Below are positions 19,931-30,733 of a DNA stretch of 64,000 nt, piece after piece. Under the pieces are notes generated by a model. The model was given only the letters and a program-made list of their open reading frames with translations, made no database searches and was not told where the DNA came from. Every line of letters starts with the position of its first letter. Within the stretch, counting starts at the first letter, position 1. This DNA comes from Cyanidioschyzon merolae (Eukaryota), in assembly GCA_000091205.1 (NCBI GenBank), contig AP006485.2; one strand, given 5' to 3'. The position numbers were made by a program, and so were the translations under genes.

Positions 19931-21238
19931 GTGAAGGCGGCGTCACAGCCAGGCAAAACCGTTGCAACTGACGCGATGCAGCACGTCAAGCGCGGGCAGC
20001 AGCAGCAGCAGCAGCAGCGAATCGTGCTCTCCAGAACTGCAATGAGTATGGCAAGGGCACCAGTGGTGCGTTCTTGGGGTGCGACAGGTCAAGTTTCTGA
20101 ACTATGGAGAGACGCGCTCCAGCGGGATAACCGACTATCTGGCCCGGTTATGAGGCTGCTGGGTGTACGGACTCAGGTTGCCAGCATTCTGTCGTTCGCG
20201 GCACCTGTCTTGCAGCCGAGCTCGATATCGGAGACCAGTTTCCCGCGTACTCTAGAAACATGCAGGACAAAGGCGATATGCTGGTTGAGCGTTCGGGCGG
20301 CTGCATGTACGGCATCGTCGTCGTTCGGCTCGAAACGCAAAAACATGATACAGCGGAACTGCGACCGCTCCGCACCGCTGTTGACTGTTGCAGCTGGATG
20401 GTCAATGCAGAGGAACGCCAAAATCATGTTTTTGGGTCCCAGGACGCCTTTCAGAAAGCTTACCACTGTCGGGGTGGTGCTACTCAAGGCCACCGCTCCG
20501 ACCGAGCAGAAAGAGACCCAACCGCTGTGGTATACAGGTGTTATTCGGAGGAATCGTCCAGAGGCTGAAGATCTCTTCCTTCTGGAGTGCGTTGTTCCCC
20601 AGGAAATCGTCACGAGTTATCACGTACCTGGTCAGTATGTGATGCTTCGACGCGATTCGATGCAAGCGAAACCGGGTTTCTTCTCGATAACCTCACCACC
20701 GCATCATCATCCTGACGCCGCAGACTGTATCGAACTGCTGGTGAAACAGGTAGATCGAACGCGTTGGCTATGCGCTTTAACGCCTGGATCATCGGTGGAG
20801 GTCACAGTGGCGCAGGGCTCGGGCTTCGCGCTCCGGTCTGATACCCGTGACGCTATCCGACATGTGCTGCTCTTCGCGACTGGAAGCGGTATTGCGCCAA
20901 TCCGAGCGGTATTGGAGGATGATCGCTTTTTGGCTCATATGGATTCCGTCAAGCTTTACTATGGATGCCGCAACCTGCACCGAATGGCCTACCAGGAACG
21001 CTTTGCACAATGGCAACAGGAGCGCGGTGTCCAGGTGGTTCCCGTCTTGAGTCAACCGGACACCTCCTGGACAGGCGAACGCGGTTACGTTCAGCACGCG
21101 TTAGAACGGGACGGTGTGCAGACGCCTCCTGAGCAAACACTCGTGTTTTTGTGCGGTCTCCCGGGAATGACGTCAGCAGTAGAAGCGTACCTCTTGAAGC
21201 AGGGCTTGAAGAAGCAACATATTCTCTATAACTTTTAA
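19931..21238 (+). CDS. Ferredoxin-NADP(+) reductase-like FAD/NAD(P)-binding oxidoreductase with an N-terminal extension (poly-Q; possible transit peptide)
   Basis: FAD-binding R-x-Y-S-like GQYVMLRRDS...GFFSITSPP, NAD(P)-binding LLFATGSGIAPIRAVLE, and a C-terminal LCGLPGMTSAVEAYLLKQG. A (CAG)7 run at 19997-20018 encodes QQQQQQQ. Confidence 0.7.
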   Translation: MKAASQPGKTVATDAMQHVKRGQQQQQQQRIVLSRTAMSMARAPVVRSWGATGQVSELWRDALQRDNRLSGPVMRLLGVRTQVASILSFAAPVLQPSSISETSFPRTLETCRTKAICWLSVRAAACTASSSFGSKRKNMIQRNCDRSAPLLTVAAGWSMQRNAKIMFLGPRTPFRKLTTVGVVLLKATAPTEQKETQPLWYTGVIRRNRPEAEDLFLLECVVPQEIVTSYHVPGQYVMLRRDSMQAKPGFFSITSPPHHHPDAADCIELLVKQVDRTRWLCALTPGSSVEVTVAQGSGFALRSDTRDAIRHVLLFATGSGIAPIRAVLEDDRFLAHMDSVKLYYGCRNLHRMAYQERFAQWQQERGVQVVPVLSQPDTSWTGERGYVQHALERDGVQTPPEQTLVFLCGLPGMTSAVEAYLLKQGLKKQHILYNF

Positions 21239-23035
21239 AGAGATCGCTGGACACAAATCTGGGCAGTTGCACGTCGAACAAGGCGTTGGGTTCGCAGCTC
21301 CTGACCGACAGCCTCTAAGGACGTGCACGCTGCAGCATTCGCTCCGAGTCCGACGAGATCAGCAGCAAAGCAACCCCGTGGATATTCGTCCACGACCCGT
21401 GACGCATAGGTCGAAAGTGCCGCACCGAACCAGACGCGCTCTTCAGTACACTCGGACTGCTTGATTAACAGGATGTTTACGCCCGGTATCCGCGCTTGCT
21501 CACAAGTTTGTTATCCGCGTCCGCCAGCGCGTCGATACGGAACTTTCGAACTGGGCGATAACAAAGCCGCTCCGCGAGTCTCAGATGCAAGGATACGGTT
21601 AGCGCTGCAGCAGTTGCAACGCTGGAAGCTTGTTTATATGATTCATTTAGGTTCAATATTGAACAATAGTACCCCATCCATGGGCATTCATGATTGTCGC
21701 TAGGTGCTGCTGCTGCTGCTGGGCACTTTCCCGTGCACGACCATTCGACATAGCCGTGATTCATGTGTACCAACCGGGACACGAGGTTGCTATCCAGCAC
21801 CTCACCATGTATCCAAGCGCGGCTCGTCGTCCTCTCGTCCGTTCAAAGGCAGAAAATCAGTAAGCATTTGCAGACGCGCTCGGGAGTGAAGTCTGCTCGG
21901 GGTCTAGGTGCGCTCACCGCGCGGAGGTACACCTGCAGAGCCGATCAGCACGCTCCGCAGCGGCAGCGAGTCGAGGTTCGTCGACGGAATTTGGAGTCAT
22001 TCGGTCTCGGTGAAGCGACGATGGTGACGGAGCATCCATCGCCACCGCGAGCGTGTGAGACAAGCACGGCATCTGGAAGTTTCGTAGATCGATGGAGCAG
22101 GCGGTAGCCATCGGTATCCAAAGCGCCGCGGTAATCGCTTCTCTTGTCGGTAACAGCAAGCACACATCCGAAGAAAAATCCTGGTCGATGTATTGATCCT
22201 AGACCGCCAAAGGGTATTGCAACGACACCGCCACGGGGCAAGCATGCTTTGCTTTTACTTGAGCATGAATGCTTTCGCACTGCGCTTGTTGTGTGCACTA
22301 TCCTAATATGGTTTATCCCAGCGCCTTTGCGAACAGTGCTCCGCTCTTAAGATCACACTGCGCACCCAATCGCGACTGGTACTTGTTTAATCTACGAGCG
22401 CGGTTCGACACGCAACGATCCATTGATGACGTTGCATGGGCGATTGGCGCTCGCGTCTAGTTCAAGCATCCTTGCTGCTCATATGGGGCCACTTTGGCGA
22501 GCTTTCGACGTGCTCGCGCCGAAATGAGTGTCGGCTTCTGCGAAAGATGCAATGCGCAGCTCGAGGATTGGCACATGCCACTTTTGTAATGGGCATGCTT
22601 TTGCGTCCAGCACAGGCGTTAGGGATCGTCGTGAGCAGCCTCAGTGGGCAGTCGCTTGCGTGGCAAGTCCGAATGCACAACAACGATGCGTTGATTACCG
22701 TTCGTGGCCGTTTTTCGCAACATGCACATGGACTGATTTTGAAACAAAGGTCTCGCGTCACTGAAAAATGCTTGAGCGCCGTCTACAGGTTGCTGCGGCT
22801 TCGGATGCCGGCAACGCCGCGGTGATACCGGAGAGGCGGCCTCGCGGCACGATTTCGTCCCTGAGGGTTTCGCATCACCTGCTCCATTCCTGCTCATCGC
22901 CAGCGCCCGCCGTGCATCTTCTATGGCATTCACGACAGCTATAGCGCTTCGTGGAAATCCTTCGGGGTCTGCATCGCACGCCAGGTGCCAGTAGATAGCG
23001 CACTCAAGCACGCTGCACGCGAAACACCTGCAGAG

Positions 23036-23310
23036 AGCACTCTCTCATCGGATGAGCGAGCGTCTCGCTGTTCCACGTGCCTGCATCATAGATGAAGCGT
23101 CCAGGCATATGGACTCAAGTTGCTGACCGAACTTTCTCTGATAGCGCCTCAGCTGGGTGGCATTGCCTTCGGGATAGCACTCTCTCATCGGATGAGCGAG
23201 CGTCTCGCTGTTCCACGTACCGGCATCATAGATGAAGCGTCCAGGCATATGGACTCAAGTTGCTGACCGAACTTTCTCTGATAGCGCCTCAGCTGAGTGG
23301 CATTGCCTTC
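23036..23310. repeat. 140-bp x2 tandem duplication copying the last ~40 codons plus stop of the downstream minus-strand gene
   Basis: agcactctctcatcggatgagcgagcgtctcgctgttccacgt...ggcattgccttc occurs twice back-to-back. ORFs 23045-23248 and 23185-24330 end with the same peptide NATQLRRYQRKFGQQLESICLDASSMM..RGTARRSLIR. Confidence 0.85.
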
Positions 23311-24330
23311 AGAACCGCCAGTAGCGACGTACAGCACATCTCTCAACCGTTCCGGGGCATCTGCAAAGTATGCACTGAGCGCGAGGAGCGTCGGCGGTGC
23401 GTAAATCAAATCAAAATAAGACGGTAATGCCCGCCACAACCTGTAGAGTTCCGATTTCAGCGTCCCGAAACCACCGGACTCGTTCGGCAACACTTGTACG
23501 CTCCGTCGTAGCGACACCGCTGTGCCTCGAGAAGCTGCATGGGTACGTGCTTCCAGTCGCCGAAACTGGGCCTTCAGGTATTGGGAATCACCTACACAAG
23601 CGACTGCCAGTACTTGCACATTCGCTGGCAGGTACTGTTGCAGGTACCACGCGGTCGTGCCAGTGCCTGCTGGGACACACACCATTCGGATATCACGCAG
23701 GTCCTCTGCGGCAATAGACTCCGCCAGTCTGCGCAAACCAACCGCTGCCTCCGGACAAGCAACGCCTTGCGGCACGAATAACTTCTGCGGGTAGCCGATC
23801 TGCTCGCTTTGCCGCTGGTACTCCTGCTCGAGCTCGGAAACGGTGCTTTGATATTCGGTAAAGGTTCGGCACTCCCAGAGCTCCATACCAAGGGAAAGTG
23901 CCCGCTTGAGGTTCCCGCACGGCCGCTCTCGAAGCCAGCGCGGCAGCGGACGGGTTACGTACTGGAACCGGACCCCTAAAGCACTAGAGAAACCTGCAAG
24001 TGCGAGCATTGCGTTGCTCTGGGCCCCACCGTGGCTAACGAGGCGCTCGACCTTCATCGACGTGTTGCTAGCGGCTTCCGCAAAGGCCGCGAGTTTGCGA
24101 GCCTTGTTTCCACAAACAGCACCCAGCGGTCCATCACCTCCAAGACAGTTAATATCGTCGCGGAATACCTTGAGCGGAACAGGTGTCGCTCCAGCACAGG
24201 TGAAGAGCCACGGCGGGAGCAACACCGTCTCTATAAAAGTCGCCGCTCTGCTCGCAGGTTGTTGTGCTGCGACTTTCCTGTGCGCCCGACGAAGCCGGGT
24301 ACTGTCGCTGGTGCGGGGAGAACGCATCAA
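23185..24330 (-). CDS. PLP-dependent ACC deaminase / D-cysteine desulfhydrase family enzyme
   Basis: GGNKARKL (the PLP lysine motif of the ACCD/DCyD family) and GGAQSNAMLALAGFSSALGVRFQYV, with a tryptophan-synthase-beta-like fold pattern. Confidence 0.7.
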   Translation of the reverse strand: MMRSPRTSDSTRLRRAHRKVAAQQPASRAATFIETVLLPPWLFTCAGATPVPLKVFRDDINCLGGDGPLGAVCGNKARKLAAFAEAASNTSMKVERLVSHGGAQSNAMLALAGFSSALGVRFQYVTRPLPRWLRERPCGNLKRALSLGMELWECRTFTEYQSTVSELEQEYQRQSEQIGYPQKLFVPQGVACPEAAVGLRRLAESIAAEDLRDIRMVCVPAGTGTTAWYLQQYLPANVQVLAVACVGDSQYLKAQFRRLEARTHAASRGTAVSLRRSVQVLPNESGGFGTLKSELYRLWRALPSYFDLIYAPPTLLALSAYFADAPERLRDVLYVATGGSEGNATQLRRYQRKFGQQLESICLDASSMMPVRGTARRSLIR

Positions 24331-24533
24331 TGGCTCGGAAGCGCCTTTTCATCCACGCTGAGCTTGCCTTTAGCCAAAGCGTGTACGCACGGCGAACGCC
24401 AGTAGAGCCAGATACGAACGAGACCTTCGTACCAGGACAAGCGTTCCACGTAAGCCTGCGAAGAACGACAACACCGCCGCGCTTTCAGCGACGCGTCACT
24501 AGTCGTTTCCGAGCTCCGAGGTATCCAACGCGG

Positions 24534-25223
24534 ATGTTTTCGTTGCAGAATCCGTGGTATGATGCATCAGCGGCAGCAGCTGCAGCAGCAGCACCGCTAC
24601 TTGTTTCAAAGCGGCAGGCACTGTGCGTCGGCCTGGGGACCTCCAGTGCGCTGCTTCTCTACGTAACCTACTGGATCGCTCTCGGCCGTCTCCAGAGACG
24701 AGGAAACGTACCCGATATGCTGTCTGAACCAAAAGTGCGGCAAATCTTCCGCATCCTTGCTTTCATGGAACTCTTCGTCGTCTACTTGGCTCCGTTGCTT
24801 GCGACGGCGTTCGCACAGCTCAGCGGCGGTGCGAGCGTACCCCCGCTCGGGTCGACACTGAGCCTCGCTGCCCTGTACTTTCTCCCGAATATGGTCATGA
24901 CTGCAGTAAATATTCGATTGGAAGGTTTATTTCGAAAGCGAAAGCAATTGCTCGTTAACTACAGCTCCACTGCTGTCAATAATCTGTGGCGACTCATAGC
25001 ATATGTTCTGATTCTCCTGGATACGCAACGACGACGCCTGCAGGCACCTGCATCGGCTTCAGCCTCGGATATCCGGGCTCTCGCAGGCTTTCGGCTTGTT
25101 GCATACGCTGGTATCCTGATAAGTGTGCTCATTATGATCGTGTTCGAACCAGTTGCAGTCTGGGTACTTGCGCCTGCATCACTGCAGCGGGTCACTGCGA
25201 AGAAGGATCACCCGGGTTCTTGA
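24534..25223 (+). CDS. Hypothetical multi-pass membrane protein (ORF open from 24264; likely start ATG 24534)
   Basis: Four or five hydrophobic helices (ALLLYVTYWIALG, ILAFMELFVVYLAPLLATAF, LAALYFLPNMVMTAVNI, LIAYVLILL, LVAYAGILISVLIMIVF). Divergent from the upstream gene. Confidence 0.4.
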   Translation: MFSLQNPWYDASAAAAAAAAPLLVSKRQALCVGLGTSSALLLYVTYWIALGRLQRRGNVPDMLSEPKVRQIFRILAFMELFVVYLAPLLATAFAQLSGGASVPPLGSTLSLAALYFLPNMVMTAVNIRLEGLFRKRKQLLVNYSSTAVNNLWRLIAYVLILLDTQRRRLQAPASASASDIRALAGFRLVAYAGILISVLIMIVFEPVAVWVLAPASLQRVTAKKDHPGS

Positions 25224-25967
25224 TCCGGAGCGTTCAGGAGAATGCCCTCCATTTTCGCCAGGTCACACACGATTGTCGCAATACTTCCATTCTGGACCAT
25301 GGTGATGAGCTGCACGGAGGTCGTGCAGGGCTTTCTGGTCTCCAGCGTGTTGAACACTGAGATGCGCCCTGGATCCGTGAGCCATTGTGTTAACGTCGCG
25401 AACGTAGCGTTTCCGGAGCAAGTTGTGCCTCTGCATCGTTGATGTGCATCGGACAGAGCATTCAGTGTGTTGTGAGTGTAGCATGGCAAATGTGAGCAGG
25501 AGGAGCGATTATCCGTTGCGTCTCAAACGTGCCATTCCAGGCAAAACTGCTGTTTCGCGGTGTTTTGGCGCGTAGCTACGCTTCCCGCATCATTTCCTGT
25601 GCTTTCATGTAATGAGGGCTGTGCTTGATCGAGAAAATACTTGTGGTCATCGGATACATCCGCGATATACCTGACGAACATGTTGTGCTGAGGCCGATCA
25701 CACGAGCCGCACCGACGCGTTCTCCATACTAGCGAGGCGACTGATATAGCTCGTGTGCTGAAGCCAGACGCATGAGCTCTATTCATACCCTGGTCATCCC
25801 GGTTACATGTCTGATGACACCTCTCTATTCGAGACGCTCAGTCGCAGGTTCTCATGGGCTTCAGTCTAAAAAAAGCAGCTGAACGCGTACGTTCACGGAT
25901 TCGCTCGGGAGCAACAAGTCGCCTTGCCGTCTCGCACAGCCTTTTACCAGGCAGGACGCCCTGTTGC

Positions 25968-26354
25968 CTACAGCGGCGGCGCACCTGAGTCTAGTAGAGA
26001 CGTTCGCCACGTGTAAACGAGCGTCCAAACCAAAACAAATAACAGGAAAGCAGGCCACAGGTTTTCTGTGAAGCACAGCCAAGCAGTGTTCTCTCCGTAG
26101 GTTTCCAACTGCACGCCGATGAACTTGCGTAGCACAGTGGTCGGTAGAAAGCACGTGACCAGAATGTACGCTGATAGTGCCCCAACGCCCGTCAAAGGAA
26201 CCAGACCGAAGAGTAGCGCAAAACCTAGCGCACAGAGCAAACGCAAGTAGAACACCAGCGTCAAAAGCCTGGAGCGGTCCCACGAAGCTACCTCAACTCG
26301 AAGCCGCTTTCTCCACCGGTGTAGCACTGCACGCTGATGTGCTTGATCTGGCAT
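25968..26354 (-). CDS. Possible small multi-pass membrane protein (128 aa), unsupported beyond hydrophobicity
   Basis: Three hydrophobic helices (LLTLVFYLRLLCALGFALLFGLVPLTGVGALSAYILVTCFLPTTVL; FLLFVLVWTLVYTW). No homology recognised. Confidence 0.2.
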   Translation of the reverse strand: MPDQAHQRAVLHRWRKRLRVEVASWDRSRLLTLVFYLRLLCALGFALLFGLVPLTGVGALSAYILVTCFLPTTVLRKFIGVQLETYGENTAWLCFTENLWPAFLLFVLVWTLVYTWRTSLLDSGAPPL

Positions 26355-27778
26355 AGATCAGAGCCTGAAAGCGAGTGAACTTGTGTGTTCGTGTATAACC
26401 GACCTTTGGAGAGAACGTATGCGTTGGAGGACGCGAAGCACCAACCAAACACGTATCCTCTCTCAAAGCCGAGGATGCGATACTGTCGCAGAGGAACTGC
26501 TGCTGACGCCCAACGTACCGAGATGATCTGTTTATATAAGCTGTGGCATAGGGCGAGAGTTAAAGATCCTCCTCCATCAAGAATGAGCAATGGATACATT
26601 GTTCTGGTGCTGGTTTATGGAAGTGTGGATGCCCTTGTAGAGGATCCGCGGTCGATACCCTGCGTAACGACGGCTGGTGCGTATGTCGTCAATAGACTGA
26701 CTGACTGTCGAGGAGGCGGGAATCCGTGTCCCCATTGAAAGAACAGCACACCCGTAAACGAGCTCGTCCGCACCGCAAGTTCAGTCCTTGATCTGGTGGA
26801 GGAACCTGGCACCCGTTCGGAGTCGAGGCGAGCGGTCTATGGAACGCCCATTTGCGGGTTTCTCGGAAAGATATAGAAACACTCCCGCTGCGCGGCAGCA
26901 GCTGCAGACTGAAGTCTATTGGGCGACGCGCACTCTGAGTTGTGTTCCCTCTGGGCGCACGTGCTCATGAATGCCATTACATTGTCAGCCATGATGATGC
27001 CTCAAGGACGTCCGAGTTCACTTGGCACTATTCAGGTCCAGTTGACTGATCATAGCGGGACGGCGTCCAATGAACTGCGCAGAGCGGGTCCGCTGCACCA
27101 GACACGACGATCAGTTCGCTCACTGGCCAGAATGAACGCTTCCAACCAAATGCTTCGTATTGTGCAAACGCTACCGTTTACCTGGATACCGATACCAGCC
27201 TCTGGACGGGCGCCTCCGTGCTCCACTGTTGACGCTGGTGCGATGCACAAATCGATGATCCCGTTGGCGTCAACACTCGAACGATTCCGCGACCTGCCGG
27301 GGACGGCTCGGAGGCACCAGAGTCTCCTGAAACGTGACTCCTGTTAAATGCACTACATCTGCCGTTTTACGCAGTGCATCGGCATTGTGTCTGGGCCTTG
27401 TATCGAGCCGGTGCGAAGGCGCTCCGGGTCGAAAGCCAAGGCGATGTGCACCGTACGCATCTGGTGTCAGGAGGTCGCGCACTTGCGCCTCAAGTGAAGC
27501 GAGGAACACTGAGCACCTGTCTTTCAGACATGAGTGCGACGATGAATTCCTATTCCTCAATATCCAGGAAATCGTCTATGATACACAGAATAGTGAGTCC
27601 TGGAATGCAGAGGGCAGCACAACCTTTTTGGTTTTTCTCGAAGATATTTAAAATACAGAATTGGAACATTTTGATTCGAGAACGATCATGGTAGGGTTTT
27701 ATGTGTTCATGGCTCGCTTGAGACATAAAAGCCTCATACAAGTCAGCCATTCGACGGTTAGCGGGTGGATAAACCACC

Positions 27779-30223
27779 CTTCTCGTCGTCGTCGTTACCC
27801 ATTACGTCGTGCATCCAGACCAGAACCCATCGACTGCGATCTGCACGACTGTCTACTCGTCGATCCGTCCCACTACATACCTCCTCTGAGCAAAGATATC
27901 AGAGGAGACACAGCGTGTGAAGTTTCGCGCATTCGGCACAAACAATGACGAGCACACACGAGTGCACGAAGGAGAAAGCACGCTCCTGGAGGATATCGTC
28001 AAGCGTTGAAGGACACACGATCGATTTCGAACTGAAACGCGAAAGCCTTGAGGTGGAGCGGCGGATGCTCGTCTCAGTCGACGAGACGTTATTCAGGACA
28101 AATGGTCAAACGATGTGTGCGTACTCAATGTGGAGCAAACTGTTGTGTATGAATAAACGGAAACCGAGCGTGACGTCAACGCGAGCTCTCGGGGCAGTTC
28201 AGTGGAGCGCTTTCCCACATAAATCACAGAATCGATACGCTCGTTCAACACAGCATCCTTCGTTGAACCACGCTTCGTGGCTTCTCCGTCCCGCATTCCT
28301 CTGTCCAGCTGCTGCACGGCAACTTCGCTTTCCGCCACTCACAAGCGGTCAACAAGTGCGCTGCTGAGACTGGCGACGAGCTGCCCTTCGTGACAACCAC
28401 TGTTCCCTCGTTCAGTGCAGTCGAATGCCTCCGCTCTGTTCGCAGAGGCAACGTCTGCGCTCTCGGATCCATAGACGGGTCATTCGCGTGCACGATGCGG
28501 TTCGTTCATAAACCGTTATTTCGACAGCCGTGCTCGCTCTCCTCAACCGCTAATCTGCTCTGTTGGTTCTGTGTTCGAGAACCGGGGCGAACGGAAGGCC
28601 GCACTTCGGTCCATGAGCGCGCACACCGTGGAAAAGAGGAGCAAGCGCCAAGTAGGCAGCAGTGGATACATATATCTTTAGGAAAGGCACGCTCCGGTCC
28701 CGTCGTGCACCCCGTGCGCCCGAGTCCTGATGAAAACTAACCGATATGGCGCATCGTGATGATACACATGCCAACCTGCCAAATGGAGGACTCGCACTGG
28801 AAACCACCAGGCAGGCAAAGAAGCAAGAATGCTCCCGAATACGGGGACGAGCAGCGCCTGGAAGGAAAAATATCGGTGCAGCTATTGCTCAGTCTGGAAC
28901 GGTCATCATAGCCTCGCTACCGAAACACACATCAACCGGGAGAATCACCCAAAAAGGAAGATACAGGGCGCCCTAAGGGGATGCGTAGCTTCTGACTCGA
29001 GCAGGGCTCGCTCAGCTTCCTTCGCTTTGACGTACCCTGTCAGGGTACGGCGCGTCGGCATCACCGGTGCAGCGCTGTCAGCTGTTCCAAAGCGTCTTGA
29101 AGGTTTCGATCAAACCGTCGTGCGACAACGTAACGGACACTCAGGGCAGACGATGCGAACCGTCCTGATTGTAGGATCAGTGATGTGTATACACATTTCA
29201 CAGAGGACCTCGAAGTTTCGGTGCGCCTGTCGTCGCTTCGAAGACCTACAGCGTCGGTGCCAATACGTATCAACGTGAATCCCCGAAAGCCGAAATCATA
29301 GGCAGGCTCGTGTCGGGCGCTTCATGAGGCGCTGTATGTGCGTATTCGCGCCTCAGCTCACGGGCCCAGACTCGTGGCGACTAGTTCAAATGAATCTGCG
29401 TAACAGATACGCTACGAGTTTCCAGGCGGCGCATGTGAACCGTCTTTGGCAAGAGTACATGGGAGCGCGCCGGGGTTCACAACGGTGTCTATCGTAAAGA
29501 GGCAGGAAACTTGCATTCGGCAACGTGTTGAATGCGTTGCAAGACAAGGAATGGACTTGAACGTCGCGTTGTTTGATCGTAGCGTATTGGGCTGAGCGTG
29601 CTGTAGGACGCGAAAAGCGCACCCCTGTTCACTCGACAAGAGCGTACACCGAGTGCAGGAATCTATGCTGCACGGTATCTATCGAATCGTTCAGAACGAC
29701 ATACGAACACCGAGAGTGGGCGTGCACTGTGAAACTGGTAGAGAGGAAAACGCTGAAACACGGCTGAATGCACTTCATGGTGTCCAGTACGCTGAGCGAA
29801 CTTCACATACCGAGGCACTCGATGATCAGAGTCGTTGCTGTAGCGTACATCCAGCAGCCGTCGTAGGGAGACGCTCAAGCACATGCTGCACCGAGACTCT
29901 AATGCATCGATGAACCTACGGAAATGTCTTGCGCTTCCAGAATGTCTACCGGGTTGATGTCGAGCGAACGTTCAAGTAACTGTTTCGAACTCGGACGAGG
30001 GAACGTCTCGAAACAATGAAGCCTTTGGGTGAGAAAAAATGTGGCAAGGGTAGCTGGCATTGGATTCTCGCCTGAAGCAAGGCACTTGTATGGTACATTT
30101 CGCAAGGCAAAGTGACTGAAGCGCCCTATGTCTATATAGGTACCGGGACCAGTGTTCCTGTGTCATTGGTGAGCAGTAAAGATGATCCAGTATTCGATAC
30201 TTTGAGCATACTACATTTCGATG
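27779..30223. repeat. Large direct repeat copy B (partner of 1-2445)
   Basis: Colinear about 98-99% identity to 1-2445. Similarity ends at 30223 / 2445, and the flanks beyond are unrelated. Confidence 0.9.
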
Positions 30224-30733
30224 CAGCAACATGTCCGCACTTTTGCCCTGCAACGAAACCGCACGACCGATAGGTCTCCCATCTGAAGATTCTCGTTCGA
30301 GGAAGGAACGAAAACATCGCGGATCAGGCCTTGTGATGGAAAGCATGCACTTGCACGGTAGCATTGAGAAGAACGTCCAAGAAATTGTTGGCAAGGCTCG
30401 TTCCCTTCTGCTTGAATACTCGGATACCTAACAATGCAACGGATACCTAACAATGCACCAAACTGCGACTGCTACTGCCGCTGCTGCCAAAGGACCCGAT
30501 ACCTACTCGCCAGTTGCTAAGCAATGAACGATGTTATAAAGCGCCATAGCAGCTAGCCTGATCTTGCACGTTACCTGCATCAAAGCGCATGACTTTGTTT
30601 GCAGTGCTCCAGCACAACAGGCGCTTGAGTACGGCAAACGCCGGAGCGACGCTCTCGAGTTCCCCGGTCAATGGCATACAGCGGGCCGTCCGGAGTCTTG
30701 TTGGCATGCATAGACCGTGTGTGAACTTTCTCA

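Noticed and set aside
22380-22420. tRNA-like GGTTCGA T-loop-like motif (gcgcggttcgacacgc) in the ORF-free 21.3-23.0 kb interval
   Set aside because: No complementary T-stem, no acceptor or anticodon arm could be built, so it is not a tRNA. The interval has no other recognisable RNA gene signature.
24264-24534. Apparent 67-nt overlap between the ACCD-family gene (minus) and the membrane-protein ORF (plus)
   Set aside because: The overlap disappears when the plus-strand gene is started at its first plausible ATG (24534). The ORF-track start is an in-frame upstream extension.
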